DNA from: Bacteroides sp. CAG:545
Lineage (GTDB): Bacteria > Bacillota > Negativicutes > Acidaminococcales > Acidaminococcaceae
DNA length: 64,000 bases
Direction of reading: 5' to 3'
NCBI GenBank assembly: GCA_963659725.1
Contig: CAVKUS010000002.1
Coordinates: 31,494-95,493 of the forward strand
Below, one piece after another: positions 32,467 to 41,960 of the stretch (the stretch's first letter is position 1; the number at the start of each line of letters is the position of its first letter). The notes under the pieces are model-generated. The model worked only from the letters and a program-made list of their open reading frames with translations. It searched no databases and was not told the origin of the DNA. The position numbers and the translations under genes are program-made.

Positions 32467-33987
32467 ATGCCTGATTTATTTTTTCCCAGTTATACCAAAA
32501 AAATACTGTCTGCTTTGAACGCTGCCGGCTATGAAGCCTATCTTGTCGGCGGTGCTGTGCGCGACCTGCTTTTGGGCAAGTCTCCTGATGATTATGATAT
32601 CACTACCAATGCTCTGCCGGAGCAGGTTTTGGCAGTTTGCAAGCAACAAGATTGGAAAACTGTTGACCAATTAGGTCACAACTTCGGCTGCGTAGTTATC
32701 GTTATCAACGGCGTCGCTACCGAAGTAACAACCTTCCGCGGCGAACGCTATAACGACGAAGATATGCATCGCCCTGCCGCGACATGGTTTTGCAGCAGTC
32801 TGCGCGAGGATTTGAGCCGTCGTGATTTTACAGTCAACGCTATGGCACTGTCACTTGATGGCACATTGTATGATTATTTTGGCGGTCAGCAGGATTTGCA
32901 ACGGAAAATTTTACGTACCGTAGGTGACGCCAAGCAGCGCTTTCACGAGGACGCGCTGCGTATGCTGCGCGCCTGCCGCTTTGTGGCGCAGCTTGGCTTT
33001 ACGTACGAGCAGGCAGGCTGCGAAGCATTGCCTGCCTGCGGAGCGCCGAATACACCCTACTACCTGCCGCATGGCTTCAGCTTTCCAATAGAACGTTGCG
33101 CCGGCCTTTCGTTGGAGCGTGTGCGCAAGGAATTGGAAAAGCTCATTACATCTGAATATGCAGGCACTGGCTTAATGCTGATGATGGCAACAGGCCTTTT
33201 AGGTGTAAGCTGTCATGCCCGCGAAAACGGCAGCGATACTGTCATTCCCATTCTTCCGGAAGCACTGCACCTTTTAGGTCTGCACCAAAATCCACGCTTT
33301 CATTTATATGACACCTGGGAGCATACACTGCTGGCAATCGACAACAGTCCACGCGATTTAGCCATCCGTTGGGCACTGGTACTGCACGATTTAGGCAAAG
33401 GCTTGCCCGGTATCCGCAAGCTCAACAAGGAAGGCCAGCCGTCCGATCCGGGGCATGAAGCTGAAAGCGCAATTATGGCTCAAGCAATTTTAACGCGCCT
33501 CGGCTACAACAAAAGCTTCGTGCATCTGGTAACCTGGCTGGTAGCGCAGCATATGCGCTTTGCGCCTATGCTGCTCACCGGCGAGCGCACCCTGCTGCGC
33601 TGGGTGCGCAGCGAAGCTGGCAACTCCGGCTTCCGCACGCAGGCAGAGCTGACGCAGGCCTACAGCCTGCTGGTAGAAGTTTTTCTTGCAGACATGGGAG
33701 CAACCCACGCCCGCGAAAACGAGCAGCTAATGGCTGAAGGACGCCTTCTGGGCCGTCAGGTTGTAGAGCTGGTACGTACACGCATGCCTGTATGCAGCAA
33801 GGATCTTGCCATCGGCGGACGCGAGCTGCTGGAGCTTGTTCCCCAAGCTGAAATCAAAAATATTTTATCCTACCTGCTGGAGCGCGTACAGTCAGGCAAT
33901 CTTCCCAACGAAAAAGAAGCTTTGCTCACAGCAGTCCATAAGCATCTTAAGCGCAAAGCTACAATCAGTTCAGGAGACACCATATGA
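32467..33987 (+). CDS. cca: CCA tRNA nucleotidyltransferase / poly(A) polymerase family protein with an HD domain
   Basis: Contains LVGGAVRDLLLGKSPDDYDITT and RRDFTVNAM, plus an HD region (LVLHDLGK). At 506 aa it is longer than typical Firmicute Cca. Confidence 0.75.
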   Translation: MPDLFFPSYTKKILSALNAAGYEAYLVGGAVRDLLLGKSPDDYDITTNALPEQVLAVCKQQDWKTVDQLGHNFGCVVIVINGVATEVTTFRGERYNDEDMHRPAATWFCSSLREDLSRRDFTVNAMALSLDGTLYDYFGGQQDLQRKILRTVGDAKQRFHEDALRMLRACRFVAQLGFTYEQAGCEALPACGAPNTPYYLPHGFSFPIERCAGLSLERVRKELEKLITSEYAGTGLMLMMATGLLGVSCHARENGSDTVIPILPEALHLLGLHQNPRFHLYDTWEHTLLAIDNSPRDLAIRWALVLHDLGKGLPGIRKLNKEGQPSDPGHEAESAIMAQAILTRLGYNKSFVHLVTWLVAQHMRFAPMLLTGERTLLRWVRSEAGNSGFRTQAELTQAYSLLVEVFLADMGATHARENEQLMAEGRLLGRQVVELVRTRMPVCSKDLAIGGRELLELVPQAEIKNILSYLLERVQSGNLPNEKEALLTAVHKHLKRKATISSGDTI

Positions 33988-34730
33988 AAACAAAACGCAT
34001 TTTACTGGCCGTTATTTGTCTGCTAATCATTTTAGGCGGTCTTAATTATCTTTTGCAGCAATCCCCTATGCCCATCGGCACTCCCGGCAGTACACCGGCA
34101 GCCGGTGCCGCACAATTCGTTGGCAAACATGATATCAAGGATTCACCTTATTTTAAGCATCCTGATTTTTATAATATGCAATCTGACGAGCATCTTACCA
34201 TCCTGCCGAAATTTGCCACTACACAGCAAATCACTCATTATACCTGTGGTCCGGCAGCAGCGAATATGGTTGTAAAATATTACAAGGGCAAGACGCTTGA
34301 TGAAGAGCTGGCCGTTGCCAAAATCATGGGCAGCAGCAAAACCGTCGGCACCAACACCAAGGGCATGGTAAACTACTTTGAAAAAATCGGTTGGGAGGTT
34401 CATTCCTCCATCAAAGATAAAACTCCCGACAGTTATAAGGAGTTCCTCAAATTTGTCGAGAGCAATCTGAAAAACAACACACCTATCATTGTAGAAAACG
34501 TCGATTGGGGCGGGCACTGGCGTGTCATCATCGGTTACGACAGCATGGGCACCACACACAAAAGTGACGATGTGCTTATTATGGCAGATCCCTATGATAC
34601 CACCGACCATCTGCAGGACGGCTACAGCATTGTACCGGCAGAACGCTTCTTCTATATGTGGTTTGACCACCAGCTTTTCCCGCAAAGTGAGCAAAAACGC
34701 CAATGGCTGACGGCCAAACCAAAAGATTAA
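33984..34730 (+). CDS. Secreted or membrane-anchored C39-like (papain-fold) cysteine peptidase family protein
   Basis: Signal anchor, the motif THYTCGPAAANM (catalytic Cys) and GGHWRVIIGYD (His). Its start overlaps the cca stop by 4 nt. Confidence 0.65.
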   Translation: MKTKRILLAVICLLIILGGLNYLLQQSPMPIGTPGSTPAAGAAQFVGKHDIKDSPYFKHPDFYNMQSDEHLTILPKFATTQQITHYTCGPAAANMVVKYYKGKTLDEELAVAKIMGSSKTVGTNTKGMVNYFEKIGWEVHSSIKDKTPDSYKEFLKFVESNLKNNTPIIVENVDWGGHWRVIIGYDSMGTTHKSDDVLIMADPYDTTDHLQDGYSIVPAERFFYMWFDHQLFPQSEQKRQWLTAKPKD

Positions 34731-34816
34731 AAAGCGCTCCATAATGTTTTTTCAAAATAAAACCGTTGCCGCATTTTACCTGCAGCAACGGTCTTTTATT
34801 TTATATGTATAAACTT

Positions 34817-36055
34817 TTAGCTTGCAGCTTCCTGCTCCGCTCCGCGCACATGCTTGAAATAAGAGTACACTGCTACGCTCATCAGGACGCAGCCGGCAAA
34901 TACAAGCACATAACGCGAGCTCATAAAGCTTCCCAAGGCACCACCTACGAGCGGCCCCACGACACCGCCAAACTGCTGCGCACTAGTAACCAGGCCAAAG
35001 GCCTTACCTCGCATATTGGCAGCAGTAACACGCGTCAGGTTAGCATTGATATTAGGCACAGCGCCTGCCAGGAACAAGCCGTAAACAAACTGGATAGCTG
35101 CAAACTGCCACACAGTATTGATGAACAGCTGGAAAAGGTTAATAAAACCGGCAATAAAGGTTACAATGCAGAATACGCGCACGTAACCGAAGCGCTGACC
35201 GCGTTTTCCCCAAAACGGTGCCGCCACAATTCCGGTAATACCGGACAGCGAGAAAACAACACCGGACATCTTGATAGCAGCATCACCCATATCATGCATC
35301 AGCTCGCCTACGTACAATGTAATCAGCGGCTGAATCAGCATTATGCAGGTCTGCACTACAAAAAACATTGCCATAATATACAGCAAGCCCTTGTTATGCA
35401 AAGCGTTCTTTAAATCTGCCAGCAGATTACTTGCTTCGCGGGCGCCCTTATTCAGCACGGACATATCCTTAACGATAAATACAACGGCACTTGTAGCAAT
35501 AAACAAGGCAAAACTGCCTACATAAAACGAAGCACGCATGCCAAACCAGCTGCTCAGATAACCGCCCATCAACGGTCCCATAATAGTGCCGCTGGCTACC
35601 GCAGTCTGCATCAAGCCCATGCCCCAACCCATGCGCTCCTCCGGCAAGGATGAAGACGCCATCGACATACAGGCAGGCACAAAGCCGGCAACAACACCGC
35701 ACACAATGCGCACTATTAAAAGCTGATAGACGTCCTGGCAGACACCGGTCAGAAAATAGGTCAGCGCCAGGCCATAGCCGGCGCGAATCGCCATCTTTCT
35801 CTGCCCGACATGGTCAGCCAAAGCGCCCCAATATGGTGCCATCACGGCAGAACCCATAAAGGTTACGGCAAAGGTAATACCTGCCCAGAAGTTAACATCA
35901 GATTGAGCAACATGCAGCTCACGCAAAAGATATACAGGCAAAAACGGTATACACATCGTATAGCTGGCGCAGCACAAAAATACTCCCAGCCACAATACCG
36001 GCAAATTAGCCTTCCAATTGCATTTGCTGTTAGAAGTAAAAGCTTTAATTGACAT
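34817..36055 (-). CDS. MFS transporter (DHA1-like efflux type)
   Basis: 412 aa with 12 TM helices and the MFS motif GALADHVGQRKM. Confidence 0.8.
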   Translation of the reverse strand: MSIKAFTSNSKCNWKANLPVLWLGVFLCCASYTMCIPFLPVYLLRELHVAQSDVNFWAGITFAVTFMGSAVMAPYWGALADHVGQRKMAIRAGYGLALTYFLTGVCQDVYQLLIVRIVCGVVAGFVPACMSMASSSLPEERMGWGMGLMQTAVASGTIMGPLMGGYLSSWFGMRASFYVGSFALFIATSAVVFIVKDMSVLNKGAREASNLLADLKNALHNKGLLYIMAMFFVVQTCIMLIQPLITLYVGELMHDMGDAAIKMSGVVFSLSGITGIVAAPFWGKRGQRFGYVRVFCIVTFIAGFINLFQLFINTVWQFAAIQFVYGLFLAGAVPNINANLTRVTAANMRGKAFGLVTSAQQFGGVVGPLVGGALGSFMSSRYVLVFAGCVLMSVAVYSYFKHVRGAEQEAAS

Positions 36056-36143
36056 TTTATCTCCCTCTTATCTCTTCTAATTGCTATTATAACACAAGAC
36101 AGGCAGATAGTCACAGCAGATAAATGCCGAAGCTTTTTCTTTC

Positions 36144-36173
36144 TAGACAATAGATACACTTTTAGCGTATAAT
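36144..36173 (+). promoter_or_regulatory. Candidate promoter driving a long leader
   Basis: TAGACA, an 18-nt spacer, then TATAAT (36168-36173). It lies about 600 nt upstream of the next + strand gene. Confidence 0.35.
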
Positions 36174-36772
36174 ATTGTTTAGATTAAATTCGTATTGTTA
36201 GCGATAAAATAAACCGCCGACAAACTTTATCAGCGTAAAAATCAAATGCAAACCTTGAGCCTGTAAAGGAGGTATATTAAGTAACTAATTTTATAGATAA
36301 TTGTGTAAAAATGCTGTCAAATATGACAGAAGAACTTAAAAAGCCATTAAGTTTAGTTTATGCTGACTTTATAGCAGTCGGAGCAGATGGAAAGAAACCA
36401 GTGACAGTTGAAAAAGTCTGTCTAACTATGGGATAGAACCCTGATGGTATCTGCTGGACAGTGGTAAATGCGAAAACCAAGCACGGTTGGCGAACCTGAA
36501 CGCAAATAAAAATATTATGAAAGGAAAAGCTACTTTTGATGTAATCGACAGACTTTCATAGACAAAATACTGTCGATATGTACCGATGGCTAGTCGGGAA
36601 TTTACGCCTTCGGAGTGTACAAGAACTTGTGAGTAGTTAAATCCTTGTGATTTAACCAAAGCATACACGATGAACAAGGAACTACAAATCGTGAGATTGT
36701 AGCGAAACATCTAGTATAGATATATTGGTCTATATTTTTAGTAGCAGAGTGCAGAATTTGAAACCATATAGC

Positions 36773-37843
36773 ATGCAAGAATTAGAAGAATGCGGCTTTT
36801 TATCAAAAATGTTCGGCAGCAAGCCTACCGAAAACGGCTGGAAGGAGCTCAACAATCTGTTGGCAGAAGCCCCCGACGCTTTAGCTGTCAGTGCCGATGA
36901 TGTGCATCATGCCCTGAAAAAATGGGGCGTAAAATTCCATGATGATAATTTCAACCAACGCAGCGGTATTTACCGTAAGCTGGCAGATGTTGTCTTTACT
37001 GAAGTGCAGTCTAAAGAAGACAGCCTTTGGACACAGCTTGCACATATGGCTGAAATTTTGGAGCTGCCGCCGCATCTGGCAAAGCAGGCTGATAAGGCAG
37101 CCAAAACTGCTGCTTATTTTGTCCGTTGCCGCGATTTGCTTGCAGGCACCGAAAAGCTGAATATTAAACAATTGAATGACCTATTCGGCTATGACTACGA
37201 AGACAGCCTTTCCATGCGTAAGCAGGTTTTTCAGGCTCATTTCAACCAGAAGTTTGATAAAATCAGCAGCGCACAGCGCTATACCCCGGAAGAAGAAGCT
37301 TCCCTGCGTGCCGACTGCGCAACTCTGGATATTCCCTACGAATTAAAGAATAATATTGTCAGCGCTCTGGAAAAATACCGCAGCCTGTGGAATGCAGAGC
37401 ATATGCCTTTAGGCGATATCAAGCAGGATGCCTTCCCGCTCAACCCCGGCGAAATCTGCCACGCTTATACCAACTGCGGTCTCTGCCAAAATAAAATGAT
37501 AGAACGCGAAGACAACTACTATGAGCTGACACGCAAATTCCGCATTGATGAAACTGTTGCCTTCAAGGGCGAAAAAATCGAGCATCCCAAATTCACCGAA
37601 GAAATGACTATTATCGAAGAGCTCGGTATGTTCTTCCTTACCAACCAACGTTTAGTTTACATTGGTAAGAAGAATGCCTTCCATATCCCGCTCAACGTTC
37701 TCAGCGGTGCTGATTTTGACGGCATCAATATAGTAACCTTCCATCACACCGATGGTACAGACAGTATCTTTAAATTCAGCGACGAGGCTGCCGGAGTTTT
37801 GTACATCCTGTTCGAAAGAACCTTAAAGGCTGCCAAAGCATAA
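36773..37843 (+). CDS. Hypothetical protein with a C-terminal bacterial PH-like (GRAM/YokE-like) domain
   Basis: The ORF track gives 36725..37843. The probable start is M17 (MQELEECGFLSKMFG). The C-terminus reads ...GMFFLTNQRLVYIGKKNAFHIPLNVLSGADFDG.... The helical N-terminal ~230 aa are unassigned. Confidence 0.6.
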   Translation: MQELEECGFLSKMFGSKPTENGWKELNNLLAEAPDALAVSADDVHHALKKWGVKFHDDNFNQRSGIYRKLADVVFTEVQSKEDSLWTQLAHMAEILELPPHLAKQADKAAKTAAYFVRCRDLLAGTEKLNIKQLNDLFGYDYEDSLSMRKQVFQAHFNQKFDKISSAQRYTPEEEASLRADCATLDIPYELKNNIVSALEKYRSLWNAEHMPLGDIKQDAFPLNPGEICHAYTNCGLCQNKMIEREDNYYELTRKFRIDETVAFKGEKIEHPKFTEEMTIIEELGMFFLTNQRLVYIGKKNAFHIPLNVLSGADFDGINIVTFHHTDGTDSIFKFSDEAAGVLYILFERTLKAAKA

Positions 37844-37864
37844 AACCGCATACATAACAAAATA

Positions 37865-37900
37865 CCCCTGCAGGAAAATTTCTGCAGGGGTTAAATTTTT
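37865..37900. terminator. Bidirectional intrinsic terminator between convergent genes
   Basis: A 9-bp stem cccctgcag/ctgcagggg with T-rich tracts on both strands. Confidence 0.75.
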
Positions 37901-37942
37901 GTTACCTATAAAATTGGTAAATCAACTTAAGGCGTCAAAGAA

Positions 37943-39121
37943 TTACATGCACTCTTTGATTGCTTTAGCCATGCGTTGGATACCTTCAACAATGCGGTCA
38001 TCCGGCATGTTGGAGTAGTTGATACGCATGCTGCGGTCAGTCTTTTGGTTCGGATAGAAAGCATCACCGATAACGCCGGCAACCTTCATCTCGATGCATT
38101 TGTTAAATACTTTGCGTGCGCTTACGCCTTCAGGGAAGGTCAGCCACAGGAACAGACCACCTTCCGGATGAGTCCATTCGGTGCCAGCCGGGAAGTATTT
38201 CTCCATGGATTCAAGAATCAGATCACGACGATGTTTGTACAAAGCAACGATTTCTTTAACATGTGCATCCAGATCGTATTGTTCCATGTATGCATCTGCA
38301 ACGCCTTGGTCAAAGTTAGAGGTGTGCAGGTCAGCGCTTTGTTTGATTTTAACAAACTCGCTCAGCAGGCTATGCTCTGCAGCGATCCAGCCAAGACGCA
38401 GGCCCGGGCAGAAGATTTTAGAGAAAGTACCCAGGAACATAACCAGGCCTTTGGTATCCATAGATTTCAAGGACGGCAGAATAGTGCCTTCATAGCGCAG
38501 TTCGCCGTACGGATTATCTTCGAGTACCGGCAGGTTGTGTTTGTTAACAACTTCCATGAATTTTTGACGGCGTTCCATGGACCAGGTACGGCCGGTCGGG
38601 TTCTGGAAGTCAGGAATTACATAGATAAATTTGCAGTTCGGAGTGGTGGACAGGATTTTGTCCAGTTCTTCCGGAATCAGGCCGCCGTTATCGGTCGGAA
38701 CCTCAACAAATTTCGGTTGGTAAGCGTTGAATGCGTTCAAAGCGCCGAGGTAGGACGGGCTTTCGCACAGAACAACGTCGCCGGGATCCAGGAACAGCTT
38801 GCCTGCAAAGTCCAGGCATTGTTGAGAACCGGTGGTAATCAGAATGTCATCAGGATCAACATTGGTGTGGTATTTATCAGCCATGCGTTTAGCAATTTTT
38901 GCACGCAGGGACGGACGGCCTTCGGTAGTTGCATATTGCAGCAGTTGACGACCTTCCTTCAGTACCAGGTCATGAGAAACCTTGGCAATTTCTTCTACAG
39001 GGAACAGTTCCGGTGCAGGCAGACCGCCGGCAAAGGAAATAATATCAGGCTGAGCAGTTAATTTTAACAGCTCGCGGATTTCAGAAGCTTGCATACGCTC
39101 CATACGTGTTGCGAATTTCAT
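37943..39121 (-). CDS. PLP-dependent aminotransferase, class I/II (LysN/Aro8-like subgroup)
   Basis: 392 aa. N-terminus ...ASEIRELLKL...ISFAGGLPAPELFP, plus ...NPTG... and ...TFSKIFCPGLRLGW (the PLP lysine region). Confidence 0.8.
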   Translation of the reverse strand: MKFATRMERMQASEIRELLKLTAQPDIISFAGGLPAPELFPVEEIAKVSHDLVLKEGRQLLQYATTEGRPSLRAKIAKRMADKYHTNVDPDDILITTGSQQCLDFAGKLFLDPGDVVLCESPSYLGALNAFNAYQPKFVEVPTDNGGLIPEELDKILSTTPNCKFIYVIPDFQNPTGRTWSMERRQKFMEVVNKHNLPVLEDNPYGELRYEGTILPSLKSMDTKGLVMFLGTFSKIFCPGLRLGWIAAEHSLLSEFVKIKQSADLHTSNFDQGVADAYMEQYDLDAHVKEIVALYKHRRDLILESMEKYFPAGTEWTHPEGGLFLWLTFPEGVSARKVFNKCIEMKVAGVIGDAFYPNQKTDRSMRINYSNMPDDRIVEGIQRMAKAIKECM

Positions 39122-39285
39122 GATTAAAAACCTCTCTTCATTGGAAACTATATTATTTTACCGTAACATTTATTGTAGCACCACAATCTAAAACAAACAA
39201 GCAAAATACCGTTTTCGATTAATTCTATCTATTTTTACGGTAAATTATGTTAACTTGTTAACGGTTTACACGGAAATTTGTTTTT

Positions 39286-39741
39286 TTAATATTTCAGATA
39301 CTTCAGTAAGCCATCCAGGCCTTCCATGATATCATCATAGGTCACTTCAAAGTCACCGGTATACCACGGATCAGCAATGCTTGCGCCCTTGCGCTCGGTA
39401 TAATCCAAAAGCAGATGTACCTTATCCTGCGTATCTTCACCAATTACTCTTCGCAAATTACGAATATTATTGCTGTCCATCACCAGCAGCAAGTCATAAT
39501 ATTCGTAGTCACGCTTTGTTACCTGTACTGCATGCTTTCCTGCAACGCTGATGCCAAGCTGCGCCAGCTTGTTGCGCGTGCCGTAATGTACAGTATTACC
39601 GATTTCTTCTCTGCTTGTCGCTGCCGAAGCAATTTCAAAATCAGCGGCAATACCGCGCTTTTTTACAATGTCCTTCAATAAAAACTCTGCCATCGGCGAA
39701 CGACAGATGTTGCCGTGGCAGATAAAGAGAATTTTATGCAT
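39286..39741 (-). CDS. Low-molecular-weight protein-tyrosine phosphatase
   Basis: The P-loop ILFICHGNICRSPMAE and a DP motif near the C-terminus (ADPWY). Confidence 0.9.
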   Translation of the reverse strand: MHKILFICHGNICRSPMAEFLLKDIVKKRGIAADFEIASAATSREEIGNTVHYGTRNKLAQLGISVAGKHAVQVTKRDYEYYDLLLVMDSNNIRNLRRVIGEDTQDKVHLLLDYTERKGASIADPWYTGDFEVTYDDIMEGLDGLLKYLKY

Positions 39742-39780
39742 TGGTGTATCCTTTCTAAAACTTAAGAATTAATTAGAGCC

Positions 39781-40791
39781 TTATTTAATCCGTTTCTGAA
39801 TATCTTCAACAGATGGCAGTTGCTTTTCCAGATCATCCGGCAGGCTACTGGTTATTTTGTATTCGCTTACACCAATCGGCTTTGAAATATCCTTGAGTGA
39901 ATATTCTGCAACCACATTGTTTTTGCTTTTGCACAGAAGCAAACCAATGGACGGATTATCCTGCTCTTTTTTCAAAATGCCGTCCACGGCTGACAGATAA
40001 AAGTTTAGCTGACCAGCATATTCCGGCTTGAAATCACCGGTTTTCAATTCGATAACTACATAACAGCGAAGATTCAGGTTATAGAACAACAAATCAATGT
40101 AAAAATCATCGCCGCCTACATTCAGGTGATACTGGTTTCCCAGAAAAGCAAACCCTGTTCCAAGCTCCAGAAGGAGCTTTGTGACATCCCTAACAAGTGC
40201 CTGCTCAATATCCCGTTCGAGCATATCCTCCCGGAAAGGAATAAAATCAAATACATATGGGTCTTTCATTGTCTGCACCGCAAGTTCACTTTGCGGAGAC
40301 GGTAAGCGGTGATTAAAATTTGTAACTTTATCTGCCAGAACCTGCCGCTGATACAAACCGCTTTCGATTTGATGAATCAAAACATTGTGAGACCATCCAT
40401 TCTCAGCCGTTTTTTCAATGTACCATATACGCTGTTGTGGGTCTTTGACTTTTTCCAAAATTGCAATATTATGGGACCACGGAATTTGTGCAGACACCGT
40501 CTGCACAAATTCCCGATTTGGATAGATCTCAGCAAATTTTGCCATATATTTTAGATTACGAACAGAATATCCCTTACTTTCTGGAAAGGCAATCCTAATA
40601 TCAGTGGCAAGATTGTCAATAAACTTGTTGCCCCATGATTTATGTTCATTAATCACACAACCTATATCATGATAAAGGAGCAACATATCTCCATTCGCAT
40701 GAACTGCTGCACGGTACTGTGCAGCCCTGATTTCGCTCTTGATATTTTCGATAATGGAGAGATACTCAGATGTATTCATTAACACACGCAT
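39781..40791 (-). CDS. YhcG-like PDDEXK nuclease-domain protein (DUF1016)
   Basis: The N-terminal region ...YRAAVHANGDMLLLYHDIG... and a C-terminal PD-(D/E)xK-like core (...DLLFYNLNLRCYVVIELK...). An alternative start is the ATG at 40779. Confidence 0.7.
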   Translation of the reverse strand: MRVLMNTSEYLSIIENIKSEIRAAQYRAAVHANGDMLLLYHDIGCVINEHKSWGNKFIDNLATDIRIAFPESKGYSVRNLKYMAKFAEIYPNREFVQTVSAQIPWSHNIAILEKVKDPQQRIWYIEKTAENGWSHNVLIHQIESGLYQRQVLADKVTNFNHRLPSPQSELAVQTMKDPYVFDFIPFREDMLERDIEQALVRDVTKLLLELGTGFAFLGNQYHLNVGGDDFYIDLLFYNLNLRCYVVIELKTGDFKPEYAGQLNFYLSAVDGILKKEQDNPSIGLLLCKSKNNVVAEYSLKDISKPIGVSEYKITSSLPDDLEKQLPSVEDIQKRIK

Positions 40792-40841
40792 CGCCTCGCT
40801 TTCACATAATTCTTATCATTATTTTCTCTATATAAGATGTT

Positions 40842-41732
40842 TTAATACTCAATCCTAAAATAATCAAGATATGCCTTATATCTATCCTGCGCAGCAAGGC
40901 AGGTATCCATCAGATAACCATTTTCCTTGCCCCACTCTTTTAAGCCACGATAGTAAAACATTTTCAGATTATCCTCTATAATAAACGGAACAATATGATA
41001 CTTTAGGCACTCTTTAAACATAATCAGCCTGCCAACGCGACCATTACCATCCTGAAACGGATGAATCCTTTCAAACCGCACATGGAAATCCAAAATATCT
41101 TTAAACGTCTTACTTTTTTGCGCATTATATTTTGCCAAAAGCGCTCGCATCTGCTCGCTAACCTCTTCCGGTAAAGCGGTATCTCTGCCGCCAACCTCGT
41201 TCGGAAGCTTTTTATAATCACCGACAGCAAACCAATCCTTACGCGCATCACTCGTGCCGGTTTTCAAAATAAAGTGCAATTCCTTAATCAGCTTTTCGGA
41301 TAAAGCAGTCTTTGCCTTATCTATAAGCAAATCAATACAGCGAAAGTGATTAGCAGTTTCAATAACATCATCCACGTTCAAAACTTCATTTTCCACACCA
41401 ATCGTATTCGTTTCAAAAATATAACGCGTCTGCTCATGTGTCAGTCTGCTGCCCTCCATATGATTAGAGTTATAGGTCAGCTCAATTTGCGTTTTATGAT
41501 AGATGCCGCCTGCATATCTGCTTGCTTTTTCTTCCTGCAGAACCTTTAACAAGCTACGCTCGCTCTGCTTAATCTTATTAACACGCTCCGGTTTTACTGC
41601 CGTTTCAGGAATACTCCATACTCTGCCATTCAGTTCTGCTCCCTGCACACGTCCCTGCGCACAATAATTACGCACGCTGCGCTCGGATATCTGCCACTTT
41701 TTCGCTGTTTCCGCTACTGAAATATACTTCAT
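40842..41732 (-). CDS. Fic-family protein (AMPylase type) with an N-terminal HTH
   Basis: The Fic motif HPFQDGNGRVGRL and a MerR/excisionase-like N-terminal HTH (ISVAETAKKWQISERSVRNYC). Confidence 0.85.
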   Translation of the reverse strand: MKYISVAETAKKWQISERSVRNYCAQGRVQGAELNGRVWSIPETAVKPERVNKIKQSERSLLKVLQEEKASRYAGGIYHKTQIELTYNSNHMEGSRLTHEQTRYIFETNTIGVENEVLNVDDVIETANHFRCIDLLIDKAKTALSEKLIKELHFILKTGTSDARKDWFAVGDYKKLPNEVGGRDTALPEEVSEQMRALLAKYNAQKSKTFKDILDFHVRFERIHPFQDGNGRVGRLIMFKECLKYHIVPFIIEDNLKMFYYRGLKEWGKENGYLMDTCLAAQDRYKAYLDYFRIEY

Positions 41733-41960
41733 CTGCTCACCTCCGTTACGTTATATCTAAGAATAGTATAGCATGTTGACGGCAAAAACTTCAATTAATT
41801 TGTTTTGATAGCCAAATATTTTTGCCGTTAAACTTTCTTTTCAAAATTCTATTATTGCTTTTGGCTTATTTACGCATTCTCACACATAGAAAAAATAATC
41901 AAGGGACTGTCACCACAAGTAAGTTTTACTTACGCGACAATCCCTTTAAAATTATCAATA

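Noticed and set aside
36426-36710. 94-aa minus-strand ORF in the large intergenic region
   Set aside because: It has no Shine-Dalgarno, its composition is odd, and it overlaps the hairpin-dense region. It points away from any operon context and is more likely non-coding.
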